Assembly: GCA_000165345.1 (NCBI GenBank) | Contig: CM000435.1 | Span: 896,001 to 960,000 of the forward strand | Length of the DNA: 64,000 nt | Reading direction: 5' to 3' | In this document: positions 49,443 through 60,077 of the stretch, piece after piece | Layout of the letters: the number at the start of each line of letters is the position of its first letter | Position numbering within the stretch: position 1 is the stretch's first letter | Notes under the pieces: generated by a model | What the model saw: only the letters and a program-made list of their open reading frames with translations | What the model was told of the DNA's origin: nothing | The model's database searches: none | Program-made: the position numbers and the translations under genes

Positions 49443-49847
49443 ATGAAGCCTAAATTGTCAACTTGGGTTCCATTAAGCTCATCTGAGGTTTATGAGGCAG
49501 TTTCTAAAACTGACTATGACGAAATAGATAAAGAGTTTGAGACACCATCTCTCGTATTCTTCAAAAAAAGTCTGAAATGGTATTTAGAGTCATTTCACTC
49601 TGTTCATTTAATACCACAAAAGGAATTCTTTTCTTTGGCTGAGGCTCTTTATTCAAAATATGACTTATCGCAACAGGAAGTTATGCAAATTATTGACATT
49701 AGGCCAAAGAAACAGGTAGAATTACATTGCATTATTCCAGACTGCGAAAAAAGGTTTTCAGAAGAAGATATTTTTCAGATTTTAAAATTGGTAGGCGAAA
49801 TTCTAATCAATCAGGAAGAAAAGAAGTGCCTAGAAGAGAAATTATAA
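49443..49847 (+). CDS. Rpb4/RPC9-family RNA polymerase subunit (probable Pol III C17/RPC9-like)
   Basis: 134 aa. C-terminal HRDC-like pattern QQEVMQIIDIRPKKQVELHCII...RFSEEDIFQILKLV resembles the Rpb4/RPC9 core (..LVNLRP...E........R....E....L). Confidence 0.45.
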   Translation: MKPKLSTWVPLSSSEVYEAVSKTDYDEIDKEFETPSLVFFKKSLKWYLESFHSVHLIPQKEFFSLAEALYSKYDLSQQEVMQIIDIRPKKQVELHCIIPDCEKRFSEEDIFQILKLVGEILINQEEKKCLEEKL

Positions 49848-50181
49848 CAATTTTAGCTAAAGTTAATATACTCAAAACTTTTTCCTTTCATAGTAAACAG
49901 ACCTTATACTACATGTCCTATTCTATATAACTAACTGCTGAAAGTGATAATATTTATATTTTTGCATTATTTGTTTTATTATTATTATTCTTCTCAATAA
50001 AACTCACCCCTCCCCCCCCTCTATTGATTAATTATTTATTTTTTCCTACACGAATTAATTTAAAGTTATAGGATTGTGCCGCCTATTTCGTCTTGTGGGC
50101 AGACTCTAAAAACCCTAACACTATAATTGGTGCTAGAAATCTTCATTTTTTGAGTTATTTTTAAGCATTGATTTTCTTAAA

Positions 50182-50502
50182 TATGGGAGTTCCAGATTTT
50201 CTTCAGGATAAATCAAATCCAGCTGGTTATGTATTTCAGAGTGCTCAAGAGTTTGCCTTGGACAGTATCCGTCTTGTGAGACGTTGTACAAAGCCTGATG
50301 CTAAAGGTAAGTTAACTGTATAAGAAACCGTTTTTCCGCAAGTATTAATACAAATTCCTCATTAATTTTTAAATATTTAGAGTTTAGAAATGTTGCATAT
50401 GCCTGTACTGTTGGTTTCTTCCTGATGGGATTCATTGGTTACTCGGTTAAGCTTGTTTTTATCCCCATTAACAATATTATCATGGGAGGACAGGCTCCAT
50501 GA
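50182..50502 (+). CDS. SEC61G: Sec61 gamma (Sss1) translocon subunit, 2 exons (50182..50305, 50381..50502; intron 50306..50380)
   Basis: [41 protein letters not shown]|[41 protein letters not shown]. Colinear with Sec61-gamma (..[51 protein letters not shown]). GTAAGT donor, TATTTAG acceptor. Not in ORF track. Confidence 0.85.
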
Positions 50503-50672
50503 AGTGATGGCTGACTAAGCGCATCTAGATCTTTAATCTATTGAGATAGTTAGGAATTTAACGATTATGTACTAGGATTCAAGCGTTTACTAATTCTTTC
50601 ATCTATGTCACATGTCGTAGAGAATCAGAACATTTACACAAATAATATATATATATATATAATTATTGAAAG

Positions 50673-51115
50673 CTAGGATTCTATTCGGGGAGGGTCCCTC
50701 AGATACGAACAGAAAGTATCTGATTCCTCAAGCTCCTTGATGAGTCTGTTCCTCCCAGATCCTAACGGTGCTAGGGAAATCTTCGAAGGGTCAAAACATT
50801 TTGTAAGGTGGGGAGCAAATGGATCGTGAATTTTCTGTGTTGAAATAGGTTTCAGAGAAGCTAGCAATAAGCTATAAGTCTGGAAGAGAGTTAAAACCCC
50901 CCCAAAGATCCTGATATACATATTCTCGTGAATATAAGAGAAAAAAATATCTCCAAATTTATTCCCTAAAGTAAGCAAGTTAAGCAAATCAGATAATTTT
51001 GTCCAAGGGGAAAGTGGATAGAACACATACCTTTTAAAACGTATAAGTGGGCATTAAATAATAAGGAAAGCCCAATTACTATAAAAGCAGCCTTGGCCAC
51101 TGTCAGATTCCCCAT
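50673..51115 (-). CDS. EMC5/MMGT1-like small ER membrane protein, 2 exons (51031..51115, 50673..50965; intron 50966..51030)
   Basis: An upstream 85-nt exon (MGNLTVAKAAFIVIGLSLLFNAHLYVLK) ends at a GTATGT donor. A TTACTTTAG acceptor joins it in frame to the body of the 117-aa track ORF (GNKFGDIFFSYIHENMYIRIFGGVLTLFQTYSLLLASL...NRLIKELEE). The two TM helices and C-terminal ...L.KLE resemble human MMGT1/EMC5 ([22 protein letters not shown]...IVLQTLLAFAVTCYGIV...LKLRKLE). Confidence 0.45.
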
Positions 51116-51388
51116 CTTCCAAATACAGCAATTCTCCTTGATTTTTATTTTCCGCGAGACGCGTATTACTTGAACTGCGAATTTGTATACCGGCGCTATA
51201 CCGGTGTATATATTAAAAATTAAAAAGGAAAATTTCTTTTTGTGGGATACAAAAAAGTTGATTAATAATAAATTCCCTTATTTATTATTAGTTAGACCTT
51301 ATCAAAGTACTGTTAGAATACGTATTTTGGCTTACTTTAGCTGAGACTGGCGTGATAGGGAAGGATATAACTACAAGATTGAGACAAA

Positions 51389-52987
51389 ATGTCATCAGTA
51401 TCAGTACTGAATCCAAAAGCAGATGTTTTGAGAAAATCGGCTGCCTTTGCTGCTAATTGTCATGCAGCAAAGGGCCTCCAAAAGGTAATCAAGACAAACT
51501 TGGGCCCAAAGGGAACCCTGAAGATGTTAGTAGGTGGAGGTGGCCAAATTAAGGTTACTAAGGATGGATGTATCTTATTGAATGAGATGCAAATCCAACA
51601 TCCAACAGCTTCAATGATTGCAAGAGCTGCAACTGCTCAGGACGATATATCCGGAGATGGTACCACCTCTATTGTAATAATTATCGGAGAAATGCTCCGT
51701 CAAGCAGAACGCTATGTTACAGAATCTGTCCATCCTCAACTTTTATGCGAAGGGATAGATTTGGGAAGATCTGCTTTAATGAAGCTATTGGATGATATGA
51801 GAGTTCCTGTTGAGAAAGGTGATAGGGAGACTTTGAGGTGTATTGCAAGAACTTCCTTGAAAACAAAACTCTCTAATGCTTTGGCAGAAAGTTTGGCCGA
51901 TATTTTAACTGATGCTATTCAGATTATCACTAATGAGGATTCTAATCTCCCAGTTGATCTTCATATGATAGAGATTCTTCCAATGAAACATGGCTTGACT
52001 TCTGAGACTAGATTAGTTCGTGGTATGGTTATGGACCACGGAGCAAGGCATCCAGATATGCCAAAAGAATTAAAAAACTGCTTCATCTTAACTCTAAACG
52101 TTTCTTTGGAATATGAGAATAGTGAAGTTACTTCATCTTTCAAATATTCGTCTGCTGAGCAAAGGGAGCGCTTGGTTGAGGCAGAGAGAGCATTCACCGA
52201 CGAGAAAGTCAAAAGCATTATAGACTTGAAGCGCAGAGTCTGTGAGCAAAATCCAAACAGCTCATTTGTAGTCCTTAACCAAAAGGGTATAGATCCACCA
52301 TCTCTTAGTATGTTTGCTCAAGAAGGTATTCTAGCTCTAAGACGCGTAAAGAGAAGAAATATGGAGAGACTTACTCTAGCTTGTGGAGGCAATGCAATGA
52401 ATTCAGTTGAGGATTTGTCTATTGAAGACTTGGGATGGGCTAATCATGTCTATGAGAGAAGTATTGGGGACGATAAGTTTACCTTTGTTGAGGATCTTAA
52501 GGATTGTAAGAGTTGCTGCGTTTTGGTAACTGGCCCAAACGATCATAGCATAGCTCAAGTTAAGGACGCAATCAGAGATGGTCTGAGAGCAATTAAAAAT
52601 GTAATTGACGATGGTTGTGTCATACCAGGAGCCGGAGCTTTCGAGTTCAGAGCTTACAACGCACTCAAAGAGGCCCGTAAATCTGCAAATGGAAAGGCAA
52701 AATTCGGTCTGGATATATTTGCAGACGCTCTCCTCGCTATCCCAAAGACTCTCGCTGAGAATGCAGGTCTTGACCAACAAGAGACTACCCTTAATATCCT
52801 AGATAAAATTGAGGATTCTAAGCAACCTTTAGGAATTGACCTTACTACAGGTGAAGAGTTTTATCCGCTTACTGAGGGGATTTTGGATAATTACTGCGTC
52901 AAGAGGCAAATCCTTAGCATTGCTCCCACCCTTGCACAGCAGCTACTGCTTGTGGATGAGGTCATTAAAGCAGGAAAGCAAATGTAG
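51389..52987 (+). CDS. CCT6: T-complex protein 1 subunit zeta (CCT6)
   Basis: 532 aa. The N-terminus is near-identical in pattern to CCT-zeta (LNPKA.V.R...A...N..AA.GLQ.V..TNLGPKGT.KMLV.G.G.IK.TKDG..LL.EMQIQHPTAS.IA..ATAQDD..GDGTTS). Confidence 0.9.
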   Translation: MSSVSVLNPKADVLRKSAAFAANCHAAKGLQKVIKTNLGPKGTLKMLVGGGGQIKVTKDGCILLNEMQIQHPTASMIARAATAQDDISGDGTTSIVIIIGEMLRQAERYVTESVHPQLLCEGIDLGRSALMKLLDDMRVPVEKGDRETLRCIARTSLKTKLSNALAESLADILTDAIQIITNEDSNLPVDLHMIEILPMKHGLTSETRLVRGMVMDHGARHPDMPKELKNCFILTLNVSLEYENSEVTSSFKYSSAEQRERLVEAERAFTDEKVKSIIDLKRRVCEQNPNSSFVVLNQKGIDPPSLSMFAQEGILALRRVKRRNMERLTLACGGNAMNSVEDLSIEDLGWANHVYERSIGDDKFTFVEDLKDCKSCCVLVTGPNDHSIAQVKDAIRDGLRAIKNVIDDGCVIPGAGAFEFRAYNALKEARKSANGKAKFGLDIFADALLAIPKTLAENAGLDQQETTLNILDKIEDSKQPLGIDLTTGEEFYPLTEGILDNYCVKRQILSIAPTLAQQLLLVDEVIKAGKQM

Positions 52988-53071
52988 CTTATGCTCGAAC
53001 AGATCCTCTAATTAGAACATAGTGGCACTTATATACTTGTACTCTAATTCAACTAGTTTTACTCTAGAACA

Positions 53072-54904
53072 TTATTTTTTACTTTGAAAAATATCTACAT
53101 ATCTAGACCTAATTCCTCCGTTCGCGTTGGCTCCTTTGTTCGATGTTATCCCTTGTGAGGAGGGAGGAGGAGGAGGAGGAGGGGGGGGAGGTGCTGTTAG
53201 TGTCTGAGAGGCTTGTAGCCCTCCATTGCCTTCACCTCCAGAAGTTAAAAGACTTGACCCATCAACTTTGGGAGTCTCGTTAGTAATTCTTTTGCCGTCA
53301 GGCCCCCTTTGGCACCATTGGTTGATCTCTTTGTCGAAGTAAAATGTATTTTCTACTCCAGGCCAACGATCTTCTTCTGTACCAATGGCCTTTTTAATAT
53401 TATCTGAGATCCAACCCACTATCCAAGAAGAGTTCTTTGTTCCAGTTGAAACTTGGCTTTCTGTTAAATAGCTCTCAGTTGCAAATTCTGGAGTCTTACT
53501 GGCCCCCATATTAGTGCTACTTCTGCTAAGGTTCATGTTCCGCTCTTGGATCCTAATCTTGAGGAATTCGCACTCTTTGCTTAAATTACTCCTTATAGAG
53601 CCAACACCCTTGGACAAATAGGGAGATATACAATCAATGTAAAATTCTGACCTCTCAAAACATCCAAGCTCCGTAAAGTAAAGAGATGATGAGTACCTGC
53701 TTAATACAGAATCTTGGCTTGAAACAATACCGGAACTACTTTTACTTGCCACATGGAAAAGAAGAGCTACAATATCCATACAGGTGATGTAAGTCTCCAA
53801 ATTAAAAGAATTTAACCCTGTTGTAATTTCTCTGTACTCTCCCAAAATTAGAGAGCAAAACTGCCAACCAAAAACCTTTTCATCGTGCGTCAGACTAGAC
53901 TTTTGATCCATAATGTCAGATAAAAGTCCATTTGAAATGGATGCCAAAAGGTTCCTGGACCCTGCATGAGAGGCTCCAAGACTTGAGACCAAGGAATAGA
54001 CATAATGAGGCCATAGTTCAAGTACTTTATCGCTAACCTCAAAGTGTTCTGCTTTCTGAGCAATACTAAGATAAAGTGCCTCTAAAATCCCCTCGAAGCA
54101 TTTACACTCCAGCCCAGAGCGGATAGAGCTTGTCTGAGATTCCTCTTTGCAGGATTTGAGATAATCGAGGTAGCAGCAACTTAACTCCCTCTCTCCACAA
54201 AACCCACTCAGAGCAAACCTATCGCTCCAAGAAATCTCCAACTTTAAGCTGTTATTAGGCTCTACTCTTCCTTGTCTATGCATTTCCAGGGTTCTGGAAA
54301 CTCCAAAAGTCCCACAAAATAAACCTAACAAAGAACGACTCGATACAAATTCTATAGGCTTGCCATTAGCCTCACAACAACACCTCCACACTCCAAGCTC
54401 TGGAAAAGACTTAATTCCAGCAAATAGTGTATCGTAGTCTGAAGGATTACTTACGATATAACCACGGCCCACACTCAAAGAGAGCAACTCAAAAAGACAG
54501 CTCCTACGAAATCCCCCTAAATAGTCTCGAGACCCTTGGAGAGAGCTCATCTTGGCCTTCTCAGAGCTTAAAAATGCATTTATTCTTGATTTATCTTCTT
54601 GAGAAAGCTGATTCCGCCCTACGCTGGTTTTGGCCTCGTGTCTAATGCTAGCCTTTAAGTCTGGAGTGGAAACCCTTTCCCTCAAAGTCCTACTTATACT
54701 CAAAATCTGTGAAGAGTTATTTGCATAGCATAGGACTAAAAAACCTCCAAAACCAAAACATACCGAGGTTCCGCCTCTTGGAGGAGTGATTTTGTGATTA
54801 CTCCCAAACCCTTGAGGTTGGCTTATACTACCAACCCCAGGGTATGGACCAGAACCCTCCAAGTGTCCATAGTGGTGATATTCATAAGTAGCATGATTCT
54901 CCAT
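53072..54904 (-). CDS. Hypothetical protein with alpha-solenoid core and Pro-rich C-terminus (PPPPPPPPPPP)
   Basis: 610 aa ORF. Poly-Pro encoded by an (AGG)n run at 53160..53192 on the plus strand. C-terminal W-rich segment WIVGWISDNIKKAIGTEEDRWPGVENTFYFD. A Sec16-like C-terminus is only a weak speculation. Confidence 0.55.
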   Translation of the reverse strand: MENHATYEYHHYGHLEGSGPYPGVGSISQPQGFGSNHKITPPRGGTSVCFGFGGFLVLCYANNSSQILSISRTLRERVSTPDLKASIRHEAKTSVGRNQLSQEDKSRINAFLSSEKAKMSSLQGSRDYLGGFRRSCLFELLSLSVGRGYIVSNPSDYDTLFAGIKSFPELGVWRCCCEANGKPIEFVSSRSLLGLFCGTFGVSRTLEMHRQGRVEPNNSLKLEISWSDRFALSGFCGERELSCCYLDYLKSCKEESQTSSIRSGLECKCFEGILEALYLSIAQKAEHFEVSDKVLELWPHYVYSLVSSLGASHAGSRNLLASISNGLLSDIMDQKSSLTHDEKVFGWQFCSLILGEYREITTGLNSFNLETYITCMDIVALLFHVASKSSSGIVSSQDSVLSRYSSSLYFTELGCFERSEFYIDCISPYLSKGVGSIRSNLSKECEFLKIRIQERNMNLSRSSTNMGASKTPEFATESYLTESQVSTGTKNSSWIVGWISDNIKKAIGTEEDRWPGVENTFYFDKEINQWCQRGPDGKRITNETPKVDGSSLLTSGGEGNGGLQASQTLTAPPPPPPPPPPSSQGITSNKGANANGGIRSRYVDIFQSKK

Positions 54905-55012
54905 TTGCTTTATTCAGCTCTTTCCCCCTGATATGTATGGTAAAAAGTGGAAAATTTGAATTAAAGCAATCTAATTAATTTTTACCAATGTGAGGTACTT
55001 GCAATGATAGGA

Positions 55013-55025
55013 TTTTCCCGCCAAA
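55013..55025. promoter_or_regulatory. E2F-like motif TTTTCCCGCCAAA (reverse complement TTTGGCGGGAAAA)
   Basis: ~110 bp upstream of the ATG at 54904 (minus strand). Confidence 0.4.
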
Positions 55026-55138
55026 TATAACATCTTCAAAAAGAAACTATTGATTTTGCTAAGCCTAGTCTTATTTGGAGATTTAAGATTTCCATAGCTG
55101 ACTAAAATCTCCGGTTTAATTCAACTAGACTCACATTT

Positions 55139-55960
55139 CTAGACTCTAAAATGCAAGTGTTGTTGGTCTCCTTGGATTAATGTCACTCTGTCGGACTTGC
55201 TTAGATTCTCAATTATGTCCCTGGCTCCATCCAACCTCCTTACATCTACAATCCCCCACCCTGAGTTGGACACAGCCTTTGAAATCATTTCTGCCGCCTG
55301 AGCCTCTCCAGAAGCTCTAATGATTGCAGCTTGTTTTTCATACTCAGCCTTTTGCACCACAAACTTGACTCTCTCAGCATCCTGTTGTGCAACTTGTTTC
55401 TCTTCAATCGCTTTTTCAAACTCTTTTCCATAAGTTAGATGGGTAATTGCCACGTCCTCCATAATAATGTCAAATTGTTTTGTTCTTTGCATGATTGACT
55501 CCCTTATTTCTCTGCTAACCTTTTCCCTCTGAGTAAGGAGGCTTTCAGCGTCGTATTTTGCAACCACAGCCTTAAGGATCTCATTCCCTACTGAGGGAAG
55601 TACCTTTTCATCATAATCTGGACCCAAATTTTGATGTAGCCTTGGAAGGAACTCAGTGCATGGCTTAAATAAAAGCCTGAGAGAGAGGTTAACCATCTGT
55701 AAGTCTTTAGTCCCAGTCGTGGTGTTAATTACCTTTGGCTTAACTCTAACATCATATATAAAAGGTACCTGGAACCATGGGAGGAAGAAGTGGGTACCTT
55801 CTGAAATTGCTTTGGGAGAGACCCCCCCTCCAAACCTATTGAACATTATAGCTTTCTCACCCCCATCCACATTAAACATAAATGACATTGGGATTGTTCC
55901 GATTGCACCTAAAAGGAGTCCTCCTCTTGCTATCCTTGTCAAGATCCTCTCTACATTCAT
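55139..55960 (-). CDS. PHB: Prohibitin (SPFH/band-7 family)
   Basis: 273 aa. N-terminal hydrophobic anchor. PHB domain and coiled coil (..EFLPRLHQNLGPDYDEKVLPSVGNEILKAVVAKYDAESLLTQREKVS..ITHLTYGKEF..AIE.KQVAQQ.AER..F.V.KAEYEKQAAIIRA.GE). Confidence 0.9.
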   Translation of the reverse strand: MNVERILTRIARGGLLLGAIGTIPMSFMFNVDGGEKAIMFNRFGGGVSPKAISEGTHFFLPWFQVPFIYDVRVKPKVINTTTGTKDLQMVNLSLRLLFKPCTEFLPRLHQNLGPDYDEKVLPSVGNEILKAVVAKYDAESLLTQREKVSREIRESIMQRTKQFDIIMEDVAITHLTYGKEFEKAIEEKQVAQQDAERVKFVVQKAEYEKQAAIIRASGEAQAAEMISKAVSNSGWGIVDVRRLDGARDIIENLSKSDRVTLIQGDQQHLHFRV

Positions 55961-56111
55961 ATTTGTTCTTTTGGATAGTTTTTCATTGACGTGGCCATTT
56001 AGTCTTGATTTTGCGGTAACTATTTAGAATAAAAAAAACAAACAGAAATTGGATTATTAGATTAAGAAAAAATACAGACTAATTATATTTATATTCTATG
56101 CTTCTTCACTA

Positions 56112-57899
56112 TTAAGTAAATACCAAAGTTACCACTTCGCGTGGGGACCAAATACGAGCTCCACAGCTCTGCCTCCATGCAGCAGGGTGTTGGTACTCCT
56201 TTAAATAAGTGTTTGAACTAGGGTCTGATGTAAGCCTAAACTTTAAGGAATTAATCCCAGTTTTACCCTCTTTTTGAGCAAGGATTTCCCAGTGCACATT
56301 CCAAGGTCTTAAAACTGTTGATTGGTTAAACTTATCAGATAGAGACTCTCCTTCAAAAAGATCTTCTGATACACGTTGCCATTGTCCATCACATGCCCAT
56401 AACCAGAGTGTATGAACAATTTTAACATTTGGATTATTTTTTGCTTGGTGGAACTTGGCAGTATTTGTCTTTTGAACAACTAGATGTGTAGCTAGAGGTT
56501 CTAAATTCTCCTCAATACCAGCACCTAGCCTAATAGCTGCTGATTCTGCGTCAGCCTGTGAATCTCCCCAATTAGAGGGGAGGCCTTTAACAATAGGCTT
56601 CTCATCAGCCTTCAAGAATCCAGTAAAACAAACGATGCAGTTCTCAAGTATCTCGCTTCTCATCTTCTTTAAAATATCTCCAACACATGCAGTTTCAGGG
56701 TTTTGGAAGAATCTTGTATGAAGCTCTTTGAAAACACGAATTAAATAGTCCAAATGGCGATCATAGTCTGCAATACTATTGCCACCGCTGGCATTGGATA
56801 ATGAGGACAGTGCAGCAGAGAGAATGTCACCAGGAGCGCTTGAATTCGCTGAAATTGAATTCGCTCCGGAAGATAGTGAGGGGTAATGAGATTTTAAAGC
56901 ATCCTTACGTTGCTCAAAGTATTCATAAGTCTGAGCTTTAACAACTTGACTTTCTAATGAGCTGTCCCAAACATCCGAACGGTCATCGAGTAATACAATA
57001 GCGCGTGTCTCTACATCAACGCAAATCTTTCTAAAGTCTTTTTGTGTATCACGTCCATCAACACTTTCTCTAGCAACAATTCTATCTCCAAATTTATCCC
57101 TCTGAGGATCTAAAACTGCTCTAATTACATCTGCATATTCTCTTGTTGCATTAGTGCAAATTCCCATAATATAATAAGGAGCAATAGTATTCAAGAACTC
57201 TCTTACACCTGGTCTAAGTTTTAAATAGTAAGGTGTATTCAAATCCTGTGGTAGAACAAACTTATACATTTCTGGGTCTCCAGAAGAACTAATAAAGTCT
57301 TCTAGGTTAATATTACAACCAATTTTGGTTGAGTTATAGGCATGAAGAAGTGTATTATCTAGATCAAGTATTGCAACCAACTTATTTTGTGCCAAATAAT
57401 CTTTTGGTACAGTGCTTGCTAAATGTGTATCATCGGGTAAAACTGCATTTGAAGTTTGTAGTTTACCTGAATTAACAGCTCCAGTGGAATCTAGCTCGCG
57501 GGAATACTTAGAATTTGTAAACCTACTAGTAGAGGGAAATTGGCCAACAGGGCTCCCACTTACTTGATCTCCTATACATACTGGGTCTGAAAATGGGTCA
57601 TAATCATCCTCATAAGGAGATGTTTCATCAACAATTTGGTCGGTAAATCCGCCAGAAGCCGAAGAACTTGATCCTTTTCTTGCACTTTCATCAAAATCTG
57701 GAGGTTTCTCTCCAAATCGACTCTTAATCTGTTTGCCTTCACGTTTATGTTGTCCTAATGACAATATGGCTTCATTAGCCCTTAAAAGTTCTTTTCGCAA
57801 CTTTTCAGGACTAAACTCCCCATTTTCATTAAGTAGTGTGGATGAATACATACTACAATCCGCAATGGGAAGAGGGACCACATTTGTATTAAAATTCAT
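56112..57899 (-). CDS. FCP1: RNA polymerase II CTD phosphatase FCP1 (FCP1-homology domain + BRCT)
   Basis: 595 aa. HAD-type DxDxT motif LVAILDLDNTLLH within an FCPH/NIF domain, and a C-terminal BRCT-like domain (IVCFTGF...THLVV...KIVHTLWLWAC). Confidence 0.8.
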   Translation of the reverse strand: MNFNTNVVPLPIADCSMYSSTLLNENGEFSPEKLRKELLRANEAILSLGQHKREGKQIKSRFGEKPPDFDESARKGSSSSASGGFTDQIVDETSPYEDDYDPFSDPVCIGDQVSGSPVGQFPSTSRFTNSKYSRELDSTGAVNSGKLQTSNAVLPDDTHLASTVPKDYLAQNKLVAILDLDNTLLHAYNSTKIGCNINLEDFISSSGDPEMYKFVLPQDLNTPYYLKLRPGVREFLNTIAPYYIMGICTNATREYADVIRAVLDPQRDKFGDRIVARESVDGRDTQKDFRKICVDVETRAIVLLDDRSDVWDSSLESQVVKAQTYEYFEQRKDALKSHYPSLSSGANSISANSSAPGDILSAALSSLSNASGGNSIADYDRHLDYLIRVFKELHTRFFQNPETACVGDILKKMRSEILENCIVCFTGFLKADEKPIVKGLPSNWGDSQADAESAAIRLGAGIEENLEPLATHLVVQKTNTAKFHQAKNNPNVKIVHTLWLWACDGQWQRVSEDLFEGESLSDKFNQSTVLRPWNVHWEILAQKEGKTGINSLKFRLTSDPSSNTYLKEYQHPAAWRQSCGARIWSPREVVTLVFT

Positions 57900-58078
57900 T
57901 TTTAAAACTTTAACAAATATATAATCTTATGGTATTTGCTATGAACAAGTAACCTGGTGGGAATCTCCAGAATTTACTTCACATTACTGATTTTCTGGAA
58001 TACTTAAATATACACACCAATTTTACACGTTATTGATACTCTTTTCTAGACAATCTCTATTTCTAATTAATTTTCCAG

Positions 58079-58091
58079 TTTAGGCGGGAAA
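58079..58091. promoter_or_regulatory. E2F-like motif TTTAGGCGGGAAA
   Basis: ~185 bp upstream of the FCP1 ATG (57899, minus). The 12-mer is identical to the one at 16775. Confidence 0.4.
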
Positions 58092-58256
58092 TTTTTGAAC
58101 TATATTATAGCAAATAAGAAAAAATAATGGCAGCAGTAAATCTCAAAAAAGAATCACACGTATGCAGTCGAAAGTAATTAAAAATTTGAAAAAATAATAA
58201 TATTTGTGATTTCAACAAAAAAACAATATTATAGTTCTCTATGAATGTTATCTGCT

Positions 58257-60077
58257 TTAAACTAGCAAACTTAGAGGTGTATCTAAAATAGAATCTATGT
58301 CTTGGAAATTGTAGCCTTGTTCTAAGTTTCCTCCATTTGGATTTATGACATCAATAAAGCATGTAATAGGTAATGGTCCCCAAATATAGCCGTGATTAAA
58401 CGGAATATCTGGTTGAATAGATACGCATAGAAGTGGGTCGTCACTTATCATGTTAATTTCTCCTGAAACAAACCATAGCAATAGCTTTCCTTTTGATCCC
58501 TTGGAATTCTCTCCTTGGAAATGCCTCGGAATACACCAAGTCCATGAAGAAAGTGAACTTTCAGTATCATATTTACCATCAAATGGATGTATGTCATACG
58601 GAATACGGTTTAAAACTGCATCAGAACTCACTTCTTCACACTTTCCATCAATTAATCTCTTAATTTTTATTCTTTTAGTATTTTCACCTACAACATCAAC
58701 TAAAACCCCATCCAGAAGCTTCATATCTGAGCCACCAGACTTATAGACAACTACTGAACCCTTAGAAAAGTCGCTATTTGTAGATTCTGTAGGAATAAGT
58801 CTCCACCAATCTTTCTTAACTTCAAAAGTGGGGATTGAAGGAGGAAGAAAGTTCAGAAGAGAAGTTGAAATAGAAACTGGAGTGATTCCTTCCATTGAAG
58901 AAATTGACTTTAAAATGATTTCTCCAGTTTCTGTTGAAATTGATTCAATCTCTCCATTTACCCAATACAACTCATCGTTTAATCCTTCAGGATTATATAC
59001 AAACTGTACACGAATTCCAATCTTAAAATCAATCTTTGGCAGTGTATTTAACATTGACCAAGCCAAATTTGAATACTCTTCTACGTAAACGTTTTGATAT
59101 ATTTGATTCTGCAAGCAACAATCCGAGGAATTAAAATGTGGAAATAAATGAGTAGGGGCCAAATTTGCATGTCCTTTCTTTTTCACAAGAGATCTATCAA
59201 TATCACGGCAAATCAATTTGGGAATATTCTCAACTGGCATTGACTCTTTGATCAGCTCAGATCCCTTAATAGAATTTGAGTTACCATGTTTCGTTGAACT
59301 TTGTCCAAAACCTTCAATCTGAATCTTCTTTGATCTAAGAAAAGGCAATAACCATTCACTAAAATTGTTTTCTAACCCTGACCTCAATTCTTTCATCAAT
59401 TTCCTGAAATAATCTCTCTGAGTGATACCCTTGTCATTTGCTTTTGGAGGGGGGTTTGAGGACTTGTATGTATTCACCTTTGAGATAAATAAATTCAGAA
59501 TGTCTGGCCTAACTTTAGGTAGAAGTCTCCACTCCATTGATGCTACTGCTGTCACTACATGCCCTGGAAGCTTTGGAGAGATCTTTGAAATCTCTGGTCG
59601 TCTTGAAAATAACCACCAAATGTAATATGACCAATCAGAAACTGAAGAATATTGCTCCGGTGAAACTATGGTGGTTTCTTCTCCCACAATACAAGAGACA
59701 AAAATCTTCTCCATTGTTGGAATCTCTTCTTCACCACAATTCTTTATTACGTCAGAAATCCTCTTTTCTGTCCATAATTTCTTCCATAGTTCTGGTGCTG
59801 ATTCTCTTTTTTGTGCAATTCTTGCTAATAAGTGAGCTGGTATTTCTCGGTCAAGATCACTTAGTTTATTTTCTTTGCCTCTCATCAACTCATGGAAAAA
59901 TGGATTACTCATATAAGGTACGCTTTTATTGACATATTTCTCTCTCTTAATTGTATTTGCTACTTCCTTATTGTTGATGGAACTTACAATTTTATCATTC
60001 TCTAGAGCAACTAAGATATCCTCCAATACATCTCCATCCTCGCAAACTTTGGTGTTTAAATTAACATTATTACTCAT
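58257..60077 (-). CDS. Hypothetical protein
   Basis: 606 aa ORF with normal complexity. No family recognised from sequence alone. Confidence 0.55.
   Translation of the reverse strand: MSNNVNLNTKVCEDGDVLEDILVALENDKIVSSINNKEVANTIKREKYVNKSVPYMSNPFFHELMRGKENKLSDLDREIPAHLLARIAQKRESAPELWKKLWTEKRISDVIKNCGEEEIPTMEKIFVSCIVGEETTIVSPEQYSSVSDWSYYIWWLFSRRPEISKISPKLPGHVVTAVASMEWRLLPKVRPDILNLFISKVNTYKSSNPPPKANDKGITQRDYFRKLMKELRSGLENNFSEWLLPFLRSKKIQIEGFGQSSTKHGNSNSIKGSELIKESMPVENIPKLICRDIDRSLVKKKGHANLAPTHLFPHFNSSDCCLQNQIYQNVYVEEYSNLAWSMLNTLPKIDFKIGIRVQFVYNPEGLNDELYWVNGEIESISTETGEIILKSISSMEGITPVSISTSLLNFLPPSIPTFEVKKDWWRLIPTESTNSDFSKGSVVVYKSGGSDMKLLDGVLVDVVGENTKRIKIKRLIDGKCEEVSSDAVLNRIPYDIHPFDGKYDTESSLSSWTWCIPRHFQGENSKGSKGKLLLWFVSGEINMISDDPLLCVSIQPDIPFNHGYIWGPLPITCFIDVINPNGGNLEQGYNFQDIDSILDTPLSLLV

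Noticed and set aside
50673-51026. Unspliced 117-aa ORF starting MFYPLSPW
   Set aside because: The first 21 codons are probably intron sequence (the acceptor TTACTTTAG lies within them). The spliced model with the upstream exon gives a complete two-TM protein.
53072-54904. Assignment of the 610-aa protein as Sec16
   Set aside because: It rests only on a faint recollection of a similar C-terminal motif. There is no solid motif evidence, so it is left as hypothetical.
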